DNA of 60,140 bases from a virus. Lineage: Duplodnaviria; Caudoviricetes. The translations under genes were made by a program, and so were the position numbers. Position 1 is the stretch's first letter, and the number at the start of each line of letters is the position of its first letter. The notes below the pieces were generated by a model. That model had not been told where the DNA came from. It saw only the letters and a list, made by a program, of their open reading frames with translations, and ran no database searches. This document shows positions 9,531-19,367 of this stretch, piece after piece. The stretch covers positions 1-60,140 of the IMG/VR virus record IMGVR_UViG_3300049070_000179, one strand, 5' to 3'.

Positions 9531-11082
9531 GTGGCACCTATATAGCAAAGATGGCTCAAAGCACTTGGGTGGTCCTTACGATTCCAAAGAAGAGGCTGAG
9601 GAGCGCGAACGCCAGGTGAACTACCACAAGAGCCAAAAGGCCGACCTTATTGAAGTCTCCCTCATTATAACAAAGGCCAACCTCAAAGATGGTGTGATGC
9701 GCTGGCAGGCTGTTACCTCTGACACCCTTCCTGACAGTACAGGTGAGTCCACTTCCTTGGCCTTGTTCCAGGACTGGGTAGAACGCATTGAGACAGGCAA
9801 GAGCGTTGAATGGCTTCCTCCACCGCGTAAGCCCTTCTTAGGCATCTCCCACTATCCTGACTTAGATGGCTATGGTGAGGCTGGCCTAGCTGAGAAGAAC
9901 TACGTAGACGGAAATCGCTTCAGGGCCAGCGGTATTTTTAAGCAGGATACCCCGTTAGGCTCAGCAGTATTCCAAACCCTCAGAAGCGAACTAGATCAGC
10001 CCGTAGACAACCCTGTTAGAATCAGCGCCGCGTGGTGGGATATTGCCCATTCGCACGGCTCTTTTGTATTTGAACGCAAGTCATTAACTGATGTTTGCCC
10101 GATGTGCCAACAAGGTATAGGTAACAAAGTTTATCTAAGGGGACAACTAGATCACTACGCCACTACGAGAGTCCCCATTAACTCGCGCACATCATTAGCA
10201 CTAACGGAGCGTAGCATGACAACACGCAAACAGGATGCCTCTACTATTGTAGGAGAGGAATTAGCTGAGGAGTTGGAAGCCAAAAGCCAATTGGTGGGTA
10301 AGGCCGACGTGGAATCCCCTGCTATTGTTATCAAGGCCGCTAAGAAGCCTCCAGTTGAGGAAGAAGCAGCCAAGGAGGGCGAGGAGGATTCCGAAGGGCG
10401 AGTCGAAGAGGAGAAGGGCAAAAAGAAGCCCAAAGGTGGCTCCTTTTTAACCGACAAAGCTTACACTTGGCAGGCCGCTAAGACTCTCCCAGAAGCCAAA
10501 AGCTTTAGTCGGGTGGAACTCATGGGCCTAGTCCGGCGCAACCTCACTGAAGTACCGGAAGGCGAGCGCTTGGTAATGCTCGAAGCCTTACTCGACGACA
10601 TAAACACCGAATTAACCGAGATCAAAACAGCGGTTGAGGACCTTTATTTTACTCAGCCCGCTACTGATGAACCTTTAGTAGAACCTAGTAGAGAGGAGGA
10701 ACCAACCATGACCTATTTAGAAGAGTTTACCCAGGAAGTAACCGAAGCTCTGGAGAGCAGTGAACCCACTGCCAAAAAGGCTGAGGTTATCCAAAAGTCA
10801 CTGGCTAATGTAGCTTTGAGATTACGCGCTGAGTTGGAATCGCCGGCCAATGGGGGCGATATGGTCGCCATTTTGCGGGCTGCTAATGCGCCTCTGGTGG
10901 ATGCCATTGCCCAGTTGACAGCCCGGATGGGGGTGCAACAGCCCATTATCTTGCCGACACAGAAGGGGGTTACTGCACCGGTTGTTAACCCGCTACAGCC
11001 TGCAACCCAACTACCTGTAAGCCCTGTGACCGGCCAACCGTCCAGCCTGACTGAGATGGTACGCCGCTCTGTCGGTCTTTAA
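9505..11082 (+). CDS. prohead protease / scaffold fusion protein
   Basis: Directly upstream of capsid gene; globular N-half (ISH, ISAAW, TRVPIN), acidic coiled-coil C-half, internal RBS+ATG at 10216 and 10708. Confidence 0.7.
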   Translation: MVITQEKGKWHLYSKDGSKHLGGPYDSKEEAEERERQVNYHKSQKADLIEVSLIITKANLKDGVMRWQAVTSDTLPDSTGESTSLALFQDWVERIETGKSVEWLPPPRKPFLGISHYPDLDGYGEAGLAEKNYVDGNRFRASGIFKQDTPLGSAVFQTLRSELDQPVDNPVRISAAWWDIAHSHGSFVFERKSLTDVCPMCQQGIGNKVYLRGQLDHYATTRVPINSRTSLALTERSMTTRKQDASTIVGEELAEELEAKSQLVGKADVESPAIVIKAAKKPPVEEEAAKEGEEDSEGRVEEEKGKKKPKGGSFLTDKAYTWQAAKTLPEAKSFSRVELMGLVRRNLTEVPEGERLVMLEALLDDINTELTEIKTAVEDLYFTQPATDEPLVEPSREEEPTMTYLEEFTQEVTEALESSEPTAKKAEVIQKSLANVALRLRAELESPANGGDMVAILRAANAPLVDAIAQLTARMGVQQPIILPTQKGVTAPVVNPLQPATQLPVSPVTGQPSSLTEMVRRSVGL

Positions 11083-11105
11083 CAAAAAAAAGCCTGGTGT
11101 GGAGT

Positions 11106-11169
11106 TGTTAAGCCCTTTTACCTGTTAAGCCTTGATGGTGTGGGAAGAGGGGTGTTTCTCTGTTAAGCC
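11106..11169 (+). repeat. three TGTTAAGCC direct repeats in capsid gene leader
   Basis: Copies at 11106, 11123 and 11161. Confidence 0.7.
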
Positions 11170-11203
11170 GTGGCACCACTATAGTTTATAAGAGGGTGCT
11201 ACA

Positions 11204-12415
11204 ATGATAAACGAACCAATGTTAAACTTAGGCGCTGAGGGCGGTAACATTAACACTCAGCAAATGGTACAACAGGCGATGGTGATGCGGGCTACAGACC
11301 CCATTATCTCGCCTCAGCCTTACGCGACGCCGGGCGACTTTGCAGCCCAGTACCCGACTCCTCTCAACACGCAAGAGATCATCGCAATGTGTGAGGAAGT
11401 CAACTTGTTGCGTAATATCCCGGAGAATCCAGATGGGCCGTTCATGTTAAAGGCCGAGACGTGGCGCGAACTCAACGAACTGGCCTTTACTTCTGGCTCG
11501 TCTTACATCTCCTTTGCAGATGGAGAATGTCCGGAAGAATTCCGGCATGACGGTGACAATACTACTGTCACTTTGAAGAATATCGGGGCTAAAAAGTCGC
11601 TGTCCGTCTCTGATATTTTACATAGCCAAGCTGTGGCCGGTATGAGTCGTGGTGGCTTCGGCGTCGGCATCAACGAGTTAGTGGGGCCAGCGCCCTCTAG
11701 TCAGGGTATGCCCGGCGGCCTTGACGTTGGCTCTTTTACCCGTGAAGGGATCGCCAACGTTAAAGAGAAGGAGATGAGGCTCGCTTCTACCCTGGTTATG
11801 AATGGGTGGGATCGCCTTTTGGTCAATGGCTCGGTTAGTGGTAATTCGTTGGAATTCGACGGCATTGAGACCCAGGTAACAGGCGCTAACGGGGCCTATG
11901 TTAACTCTTCCGCTCCTTCAGGAACCTTTAGCGCGCAAACCTACAACCGCTTCCTGGATGCCGGCTGCGCAGCGCCTACCCACATCTTGGGCCACCCGCA
12001 AGCCACTAATGAGATGATGTCAGGATACTTCACCCTTGGCTTCAATGGCTCGCAGCAGGTGTTTTTTACCTCTGGAGATCGCATTACGCCGGGCATTAAC
12101 TATGCTGGGTTTGTTAATACTAGCCGGGGTAAAATGACAGTTATCTCCGACTGGAATTTTGACCGGGACAACAGCGGTGGTGGAGCCTTCCTTGCTACCT
12201 TGTACGGTATGCGAATGACCCACAACGGCGTACCCTTGGTCTACCGGCGAACTCAGATTCCTCTAGGGGTCACTGACCTGGTGCCGGGTTGTACGGCCAT
12301 CAGCTTTATCGTGTGGGCTAAGACGGCGCTGATTATTAAACATCGGTGCGCCCATTCGCGTTTTTCAGCCTTGTTTACGGGCACCATCACGAGTCAATGC
12401 ACTCAAATAGGTTGA
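11204..12415 (+). CDS. major capsid protein (HK97-like fold)
   Basis: 403 aa after scaffold; LLVNG...LEFDGI motif. Confidence 0.85.
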   Translation: MINEPMLNLGAEGGNINTQQMVQQAMVMRATDPIISPQPYATPGDFAAQYPTPLNTQEIIAMCEEVNLLRNIPENPDGPFMLKAETWRELNELAFTSGSSYISFADGECPEEFRHDGDNTTVTLKNIGAKKSLSVSDILHSQAVAGMSRGGFGVGINELVGPAPSSQGMPGGLDVGSFTREGIANVKEKEMRLASTLVMNGWDRLLVNGSVSGNSLEFDGIETQVTGANGAYVNSSAPSGTFSAQTYNRFLDAGCAAPTHILGHPQATNEMMSGYFTLGFNGSQQVFFTSGDRITPGINYAGFVNTSRGKMTVISDWNFDRDNSGGGAFLATLYGMRMTHNGVPLVYRRTQIPLGVTDLVPGCTAISFIVWAKTALIIKHRCAHSRFSALFTGTITSQCTQIG

Positions 12416-12494
12416 CATAAGAGATTTGCATTAGGTTTGCTCTCCCTTCTAAGGTGGGCGGAACCGTAAGCCTCCATCCACCTAAAGGACTAAA

Positions 12495-12701
12495 ATGAAC
12501 GCTCATCAACTAGCTAGCAAATATCTAAAGATGGTGCAAAAAGCCGGTGCGCGACACTCTTCCGCTGACAATGATCTCATCCAGCAGATGCATGACCGAG
12601 CATGCGAGCTTGGGGCACGCTGTAATTGTGAGGGGATGACTCACCCGCAACTAAAAGGGGTCAAAAGTGGTAAGCAACAACGTCGGCCAAGTTGCCCTTA
12701 A
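12495..12701 (+). CDS. small head-associated protein
   Basis: KAGARHSSADNDLIQQMHD..ELGA.C motif typical of phage head/scaffold regions. Confidence 0.55.
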   Translation: MNAHQLASKYLKMVQKAGARHSSADNDLIQQMHDRACELGARCNCEGMTHPQLKGVKSGKQQRRPSCP

Positions 12702-12924
12702 GTATTACCAGCCTGCCCAGGTTCTAGCCCAGGGTACACCTACCGGTTCCGGCTACGTGTTCACCCCCAAGGCTAACATATCCTTAGCCTGGGTGGAAGC
12801 GGGCGATGTTGACAACTTACTGCAAAGGAGAGCGGGCTGTAACTGCGGAGGTAAAAAAAGGCAGGCGTTTTATTATGCGAATGAGGATGATGTCCGCCGC
12901 TGGACTAATGGGGGTGGCAGGTGA
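12667..12924 (+). CDS. small virion-associated protein, paralog of 23296
   Basis: TPTG.GY.F.P...D.D.LL...CNCGG. Confidence 0.6.
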   Translation: MVSNNVGQVALKYYQPAQVLAQGTPTGSGYVFTPKANISLAWVEAGDVDNLLQRRAGCNCGGKKRQAFYYANEDDVRRWTNGGGR

Positions 12925-13475
12925 CTAAGTTAAATATTGGTCCTGGCATCAGTGGGCAAGGTGACTACAAGGTTGACCTCTATCCCTTTGAAGGTGTTAC
13001 CCACGTTTTAGACATTGCGGTTGAGCCTCTGCCATTCTCGGATAACACCTTTGATGAGGTAGAAGCTAGTCAGGTGCTAGAACATATACCGACGCAGCTT
13101 AGATGGCAGGAACACGCAGTATTTACAAGTTCAGTTATTCCTAATATTCCAACAGGTGAGTCTAAGTGGCATCTCCGCTTTTGTCGCGTAGAAGTAATGC
13201 GCGAGATTCACCGAGTACTTAAGCCCGGTGGGGTCTTAGTCGCTTCTGTGCCTCACATTGATAAAGAGCGGGATGTGATGCGCTGGGCACAAGACCCCAC
13301 CCATGCAGATGTACCCTGGATACTAGAAGCCTTTGACTATTTTTGCAATGCCTGGGGTGGAGGCAACTGCAAGCATGAGGCGCATTATTCCAGCGGGATC
13401 AACTTTGGTTTTACCCGTATCCGGCACCAATATAGTGATGATAAAAGTGTGTTGACAGTATGGCTACAAAAGTAA
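12921..13475 (+). CDS. class I SAM-dependent methyltransferase
   Basis: LNIGPG, LPFSDNTFD, QVLEHI, HRVLKPGG, DPTH. Confidence 0.85.
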   Translation: MTKLNIGPGISGQGDYKVDLYPFEGVTHVLDIAVEPLPFSDNTFDEVEASQVLEHIPTQLRWQEHAVFTSSVIPNIPTGESKWHLRFCRVEVMREIHRVLKPGGVLVASVPHIDKERDVMRWAQDPTHADVPWILEAFDYFCNAWGGGNCKHEAHYSSGINFGFTRIRHQYSDDKSVLTVWLQK

Positions 13476-14113
13476 CTGTGATAACCCCAGTATGGAACCA
13501 TAGTTTTTATACGGCTGGGCATTTGCTCCAGATGTACCAGAATTACCGAGATCGCCAGGATGTGGAATTTATTGTTGTTGACAACGGGTCTATTGATAAC
13601 ACTCCTAGCTTACTGGCGAGCTATATTAGTAAAATGGACAACCTGCGCATAGTAACCAATAAGCAAAATGAAGGCTTCCCAGTAGCTTGTAACCAGGGGG
13701 CCAGAGAAGCGATTGGGGACATTCTCCTATTCTTGAACAACGATACGATGATCTTCGGGGACTACATTACCCACCTTAAGCACGCAGTAAATGACAGGGT
13801 AGTAGTCGGCCCTGAACTCAACAAGCACAACACAGGCTGGAACCAATTTGGTGACTCCATTATCCCTTATGTGGCGGGCTGGTGTTTAGCATTGACCAAA
13901 GCTTCTTATGAGCAATTAGGTGGCTTCGATGAGCGCTACACCCCATGCGACTATGAGGATATGGACCTTTGTTACCATGCCACTAAGGAGGGGTATGAAC
14001 TGCTAAAGGTTGACCTTCCTATAAGGCACATAAGCGGGGGTTCGGCCATGCCTGATAGGCTGGCAATAACGGAGCGGAATCGGGGCAAATTCCGGGAGAA
14101 GTGGGGACTATGA
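13460..14113 (+). CDS. glycosyltransferase family 2
   Basis: VITPVWN, VVDNGS.D, NEGF..ACNQG, FLNND, YEDMD. Confidence 0.9.
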   Translation: MATKVTVITPVWNHSFYTAGHLLQMYQNYRDRQDVEFIVVDNGSIDNTPSLLASYISKMDNLRIVTNKQNEGFPVACNQGAREAIGDILLFLNNDTMIFGDYITHLKHAVNDRVVVGPELNKHNTGWNQFGDSIIPYVAGWCLALTKASYEQLGGFDERYTPCDYEDMDLCYHATKEGYELLKVDLPIRHISGGSAMPDRLAITERNRGKFREKWGL

Positions 14114-14790
14114 AGATCACCACTATTTGCCGAACCCGCAATGAAGCCCGCAATATTGCCCGCTTTTGCGAGGCTTACCATTGGGCCGATTCTATCTTAG
14201 TGGCCGATGGTGGTAGCGAGGATAATACGCTTGATATAGCCCGCCTTTATTCTAATGTGCAAGTAAGGGTATTTAGGGAGAAGGTTTGGAATGGGGAGTG
14301 GTGGCGCAACCCGCACGGTAAGCACATCAATTTTATGATCGACTGGGCATTAGCTGAGGGTGCCGACTGGATCATATTTGACGATGCTGACTGCGTGCCT
14401 ACCTTGGACCTACAAAGGGACATTAGGGGGTTACTGGAGGATACGCCTAAGCAGGTAGTTTTGCTCTACAGGTTGTATCTGTGGGGCCACAACCAATACT
14501 TCCCCGCTCTTAATGAACCCGGCCAAAGCCTATGGGCATGGCACTCTTCTATAGGAGTAAGGGCCGAAGATAACGACTGGTCGCATGATATTTTACCTTG
14601 TTGGCAACCTCCCCAGGAGCTGAAGCTAGAGTACCCCCATTCCTGCCTACACTACTTTAGCCCTGATGAAGCCACGGTAAACAGGAAGTTAGAATTTTAC
14701 AGGGAGAGTGGAGAACAACCCAAAGCCCTGCATCCGTTAAAAGGATGTGGGGAATTAGCGACATTGCCTGACTGGGCAAGATGGAGATAA
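14110..14790 (+). CDS. glycosyltransferase family 2
   Basis: TRNEARNI, VADGGSEDNT, DWIIFDDAD. Confidence 0.85.
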   Translation: MKITTICRTRNEARNIARFCEAYHWADSILVADGGSEDNTLDIARLYSNVQVRVFREKVWNGEWWRNPHGKHINFMIDWALAEGADWIIFDDADCVPTLDLQRDIRGLLEDTPKQVVLLYRLYLWGHNQYFPALNEPGQSLWAWHSSIGVRAEDNDWSHDILPCWQPPQELKLEYPHSCLHYFSPDEATVNRKLEFYRESGEQPKALHPLKGCGELATLPDWARWR

Positions 14791-15005
14791 CAACGATGGC
14801 TAAAAGTGAGGCAGAAGCACCCAAATGGGACGAAGAAGCCCTTAAAGCCTCTCTACTAAAAATAGAAGGTGTCAGTGAGAAGATAGCTACCCATGCCGCA
14901 GAACATGGTGTAGTCGATGACGCTCATGTTGTTCAAACTTTTTACCGGGTTAGTGATGTGGCAGCGCGAGCGATCATTAAAGCGTTTAAGGAGGCTAAAG
15001 AATGA
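14781..15005 (+). CDS. small hypothetical protein (possible HhH motif)
   Basis: LLKIEGVSEKIA. Confidence 0.5.
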   Translation: MEITTMAKSEAEAPKWDEEALKASLLKIEGVSEKIATHAAEHGVVDDAHVVQTFYRVSDVAARAIIKAFKEAKE

Positions 15006-15145
15006 TCTTACTACTATCAGTGTTAGCGGTTGTATTAGTAGCCCTGGAGGCGTTTAGGGTTGGTGTAGCTTGGGTGTCTCTGGGCTGGCTAGGGTTGGCT
15101 GTTTGGCTATTAGTGCAAGTTTTGGGGCAAACCGGGGTATTTTGA
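15002..15145 (+). CDS. two-TM microprotein (47 aa)
   Basis: MILLLSVLAVVLVALEAFRVGVAWVSLGWLGLAVWLLVQVLGQTGVF*; overlaps both neighbours by ATGA/TGATG. Confidence 0.6.
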   Translation: MILLLSVLAVVLVALEAFRVGVAWVSLGWLGLAVWLLVQVLGQTGVF

Positions 15146-16038
15146 TGCGGGTGGTATTCTCACAAATATTTTACCCCATGAGTCTGGGCCATTACTTCTT
15201 AAATGCTTTGCGCCGGCGCTCCGACATTGAGCTATTCACAGTTGGTCCTTACAGTGGTACATGGATACCCTGGAACGGGGGCATGCATCTTTTGCCAAAG
15301 TATGCCAAAGAGCCTAACTTACCCTTCCCCTTTGCCGACAGGCTACCTATCACTCCCATTACCTACATAGAGAAGAAGCTCCCCTGGAAGCCTGACCTAT
15401 GGCTACAAGTAGACGCAGGTTGGCACATGACAGGCAGACCACAGCACGGCAAAAATGTTATCGTGGGAACTGATCCGCATTGTTTGGACTACTCCTACCA
15501 AAGGAGCTTGGCTGACACCTTTTACTGTATGCAACAGGTGTACGCTAAGCCCGGTGATGTTTATCTCCCGTATGCATATGATAAAGAGGCCCACTATCCA
15601 GAAGAGCAGCCACAGAATTATGACTGTTGCCTTTTAGGGTTGCATTACGAGAATCGCGATCTACTGGTCAAGGAGTTGCGTAAACGAGGCGTTAACGTTT
15701 TGTATGACCTGGGGCCAGTGTTCGACGAGCGCCGGGCGCTAGAATGTCAGACTCCTATCTCCTTATCATGGAGTAGCAGGGATGATCTGATAGCGCGGGT
15801 GTTTGAGGGGCTGGCCATGAAGCGGCTGGTAGTTACCGACAAGGTACCCGACTTGCCTAAGTTTTTTACTGAGGATAAACACCTGATAGCTTTTAGCTCA
15901 TTAGGTGAGGCTGTGGAGAAGATTATGCACTACTTGAATAACCCAGCAGAAGCGCAAGAGATAGCCAGGGCTGGCTATGAAGCCGTAAAGCTGCACACCT
16001 ATGACGCTAGAATAGGACAGATTCTAAATGACTTTTAA
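15145..16038 (+). CDS. GT-B glycosyltransferase (CgeB/Glyco_trans_1_2-like)
   Basis: TDPH, YLPYAYD, RVFEGLA...VVTD, IARAGYE.V...HTY..R. Confidence 0.85.
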   Translation: MRVVFSQIFYPMSLGHYFLNALRRRSDIELFTVGPYSGTWIPWNGGMHLLPKYAKEPNLPFPFADRLPITPITYIEKKLPWKPDLWLQVDAGWHMTGRPQHGKNVIVGTDPHCLDYSYQRSLADTFYCMQQVYAKPGDVYLPYAYDKEAHYPEEQPQNYDCCLLGLHYENRDLLVKELRKRGVNVLYDLGPVFDERRALECQTPISLSWSSRDDLIARVFEGLAMKRLVVTDKVPDLPKFFTEDKHLIAFSSLGEAVEKIMHYLNNPAEAQEIARAGYEAVKLHTYDARIGQILNDF

Positions 16039-16390
16039 CATCAATAAGCAGGTGGGTACACCTAAAAAAGTTACTTTGGACAATGGCACAGTTGTTAACC
16101 GAGTAGAGGCAATTTTTGTTCCTGAGTACAGAACCTTTGTTAAATGTGCAAGCTATGATTCCCATTTTATCTATCTAAATCCCGACACTTCCGAAGGCTC
16201 ATCAGCCTATCTTTGCACGTGCGGCAATGTGGCCGTAATAGCGCCACCGGGGCCAGCAGGGCTGTTCGTGTGCCTCTTTGATCTTAACACGGGGCTGAAG
16301 GGTTATCATGCGACTTCGCTTTACAACAAGAGAGAGGGAGCGCACGGGCAGCGGTTGGACTTGGATAAGGTGCGGAGGGAGCTTATTTGA
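16028..16390 (+). CDS. hypothetical protein (Cys/His-containing)
   Basis: Operon packing, CTCG. Confidence 0.55.
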   Translation: MTFNINKQVGTPKKVTLDNGTVVNRVEAIFVPEYRTFVKCASYDSHFIYLNPDTSEGSSAYLCTCGNVAVIAPPGPAGLFVCLFDLNTGLKGYHATSLYNKREGAHGQRLDLDKVRRELI

Positions 16391-16620
16391 TGCCAAAGAT
16401 AGTGATATTCAAAAACAGGCAATGGTTAACAGTTTATTCTAACGACCAAGTGCCTTTGATAGGTGATATTATAGCCCTAAAAAAGAATAGTATTACTAAA
16501 TACCAAGTTACTTCACGTGCTTGGGCTATTGAAGGCAGTGAAGTTAGGGTGGTAGATAATGAGCCGGAATATTTAGATGGTGAGTTGGAATATGTTCAAT
16601 TGGACGTGATAGAGCTATGA
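16387..16620 (+). CDS. hypothetical protein
   Basis: Operon packing. Confidence 0.5.
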   Translation: MMPKIVIFKNRQWLTVYSNDQVPLIGDIIALKKNSITKYQVTSRAWAIEGSEVRVVDNEPEYLDGELEYVQLDVIEL

Positions 16621-17729
16621 CACTCACCATCGACATTTTTTGTAACGATGGCTCACCCCTCCATATCATCCCCCCAGATATTTATGGCCGTGGGGTAGGC
16701 GGCGCTGAACTCTCCATGATGACTTGGGCTTCTGTAATGGCTTCCAGGGGGCATCGAATCCGAATATATAACAACCCCTCCCAGCCTGGTGACTATGATG
16801 GTGTTGAGTATCTGCCTCAGAGTGCTTTTGTGTGGCGCGAGGAACGCGATGTATTCGTGGCGTACAGATCACCTAACCGCTACACTCGCATGGTACGGGC
16901 AGCCGTTAAGTTGTTTTGGAGCACAGATCAGCAGACGGTAGGGAACTTTGCAACTGATGTATTCCCATTTGTGGACCGGATAGTGTGTATCTCTCCCTTC
17001 CATGTTGACTACCACCTTAAGAGATACTTGGGTGACTACGAGTCCTTTATGGACCGTTTAGGCCAGCCTTATGAGCCACTAGAGCATAAAATAGGTTACT
17101 TCGATCTTGGGGTGAGAGTTGAAGAGTACCAGCAGGAAGTGGAGAAGATACCGGGCCGTTGTATATTTTGCTCCGTGCCAGAGCGGGGCTTAGAAGTACT
17201 TAGAATGATGTGGCCTCGCATCAAAGAGCGTGTACCGGGGGCTTCATTGGTGATAACCAGTGACTATACTTTGTGGGGATCTCCTAACCCATTAAACCAA
17301 GAACATCGCTTAAACTGGCTGCATCACAAAGATGTAGAATTTATGGGCAAGATACCACGCGAACAGCTTGTAAGGGAACAATTGAAGGCTGAGGTGATGC
17401 CGTTTAGTTGTTCCTACGAGGAACTTTTTTGTATCTCAGCCGCAGAATGTCAAGTAGCAGGAGCTATTCCTATAACCAGCAGCCTAGGAGCTTTGCCTAC
17501 AACCAACCAGTGGGGAAGCGTACTACCTGGGAATCTACTTGATGGTAGGTGGCAGACTCTCTTTATTAACCGAGTAGTAGATATGCTTAACTTTAATGGT
17601 AGGCCATCTCTTAGAATGATGAGAGAGGAAGCCCAGCAGCGCTTCAACTGGCAAACTATTTGCACTCAATGGGAGCACCTTATTCAAACTGGTGAATTTG
17701 CTACTAAGCCTATTTTGGAGGCAGCTTAA
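16617..17729 (+). CDS. glycosyltransferase family 4 (GT-B)
   Basis: GVGGAE, SVPERGL, EELFCISAAECQVAG. Confidence 0.88.
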   Translation: MTLTIDIFCNDGSPLHIIPPDIYGRGVGGAELSMMTWASVMASRGHRIRIYNNPSQPGDYDGVEYLPQSAFVWREERDVFVAYRSPNRYTRMVRAAVKLFWSTDQQTVGNFATDVFPFVDRIVCISPFHVDYHLKRYLGDYESFMDRLGQPYEPLEHKIGYFDLGVRVEEYQQEVEKIPGRCIFCSVPERGLEVLRMMWPRIKERVPGASLVITSDYTLWGSPNPLNQEHRLNWLHHKDVEFMGKIPREQLVREQLKAEVMPFSCSYEELFCISAAECQVAGAIPITSSLGALPTTNQWGSVLPGNLLDGRWQTLFINRVVDMLNFNGRPSLRMMREEAQQRFNWQTICTQWEHLIQTGEFATKPILEAA

Positions 17730-17801
17730 TGGAGTACTTTGTAGGACTCCTCAGCATGGCAATAGTTTGGACTATCTTATTTATCTACATAGAAGGGTAA
17801 A

Positions 17802-17984
17802 ATGGCTAAAAGATTCATCATAACTCCAATAAGTGAGGATGGCACCGTTGGCCGGGCTATCTACGTCCACAAGAAGAGCAAGATTGAGGGCTTCATAGAG
17901 ACTGTGGGGGCTATTATGGTCACTTGCATCTTCTTCTACATAGTACTATTCATAGTGAGGGCAGCTATAGAGGTTTACTGGTGA
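17802..17984 (+). CDS. small membrane protein
   Basis: C-terminal TM helix. Confidence 0.5.
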   Translation: MAKRFIITPISEDGTVGRAIYVHKKSKIEGFIETVGAIMVTCIFFYIVLFIVRAAIEVYW

Positions 17985-19144
17985 CCATTTTATACATAAG
18001 TGACTTTGATCTAAAAGGCAGTGGCTACGCCAATATAGCCTTTGCCCTTTGTTCTCACCTTGTCAGCCGGGGCTACGATGTGCAAGCTATTGGCCTGGGG
18101 TACAGTGGTGAGGAGCATTACCTCCCCTTTAGAATTGCCCCTTGTCCCAATGTCTCCTACATCATTCCTATTGTTAATGAATTGCGGCGACAGGGAGTCA
18201 CAATTGAAGTCATGATAGCCGCCTTAGATGTTCCCCTGCAAGAGGCCATTTTACAACAGTGTGGCCCTGCTCGTGACATCCCTTACATTGGCATATTTCC
18301 ACTGGAAGCTGGCCCACTGAGTCAAAGCTGGGCTATGTCGCTTCTTCAGATGGATCGACGCCTGGTTATGTCCCAGTTCGGTACGGCTGAATGTGAAGCT
18401 ATCGGGGTAGATGCCACTTATATACCTATTGGAGTGGACTGTGAAGCTTGGCGACCACCGACAGATGAGGAGCGCCTTACCTTCCGCAAGGGGCTAGGTA
18501 TTCCAGAGGACTCCTTCGTCGTGCTTACTGTAGCTGATAACCAGGAACGCAAGAATCTAAGCCGGGCGATGGACATATTTGCAGGCGCTTGCAAGGGCAC
18601 TAACGCTCATTATTTAATGGTCACACGGCCGAACTCCCCAGTAGGTTGGAAGATCCAAGACTATGCCGCTTCTTTAGGGATCTTTGGACAAATGAACGTC
18701 TGGGATCGGGGCATGGGCTTTAAGCAGCTATGGTCACTGTTCGCAGTAAGTGACGCTTTTTTACTCACAAGTAAGGCTGAGGGGCTAGCTATGCCCGTGC
18801 TAGAAGCCATGAGCATGAGGGTACCGGTAGTCGGTACTAACTGTACAGCTATTGAGGAGCATCTAAAGGATGGGCGAGGGCTACTGATAAAGCATGACGC
18901 TGAGGTTTACGGCTACCCTCCTCACGTTGATCCATTTGGCAATGGCAGGCGATATTTTGCTAATTTGGAGGATGGGGTTTACCAGCTTAGGCTATTAAGG
19001 GATGGCATGAGCCAGCTTGATATTTTTAATATGATAGAAGCGGCGCAGGAGTACGTACAGGCACGGAGATGGGAAGCGGCGGCCAGCGTGTTGGTGGAAG
19101 CAATTGAAGGGGTTAAACAACCTTTAGAGATGGAGCTAGCATAG
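17981..19144 (+). CDS. glycosyltransferase family 4 (GT-B)
   Basis: SGYA, NQERKNL, TSKAEGLAMPVLEAMS...PVV; start likely GTG 17981. Confidence 0.9.
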   Translation: MTILYISDFDLKGSGYANIAFALCSHLVSRGYDVQAIGLGYSGEEHYLPFRIAPCPNVSYIIPIVNELRRQGVTIEVMIAALDVPLQEAILQQCGPARDIPYIGIFPLEAGPLSQSWAMSLLQMDRRLVMSQFGTAECEAIGVDATYIPIGVDCEAWRPPTDEERLTFRKGLGIPEDSFVVLTVADNQERKNLSRAMDIFAGACKGTNAHYLMVTRPNSPVGWKIQDYAASLGIFGQMNVWDRGMGFKQLWSLFAVSDAFLLTSKAEGLAMPVLEAMSMRVPVVGTNCTAIEEHLKDGRGLLIKHDAEVYGYPPHVDPFGNGRRYFANLEDGVYQLRLLRDGMSQLDIFNMIEAAQEYVQARRWEAAASVLVEAIEGVKQPLEMELA

Positions 19145-19145
19145 A

Positions 19146-19367
19146 ATGGATAAAATTGATCCTGGTTTTGTTGAGGCCCATCAACTATATCTTGATGAAT
19201 TAGATAAGGCTTATGATGAGCTAAAATTTTACGCTAGTGATCCCGATGTACTTAACGAGGACTGGCCTAAATACAAACAAGCAAAAGAGAGATTCAGCGC
19301 CCTATTAGGTGACATTCTCTTATTTAAATCTGTTTGGTATGAGGTAAGGGAATTAAAGGATGGCTAA
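19146..19367 (+). CDS. hypothetical protein
   Basis: Operon packing. Confidence 0.5.
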   Translation: MDKIDPGFVEAHQLYLDELDKAYDELKFYASDPDVLNEDWPKYKQAKERFSALLGDILLFKSVWYEVRELKDG

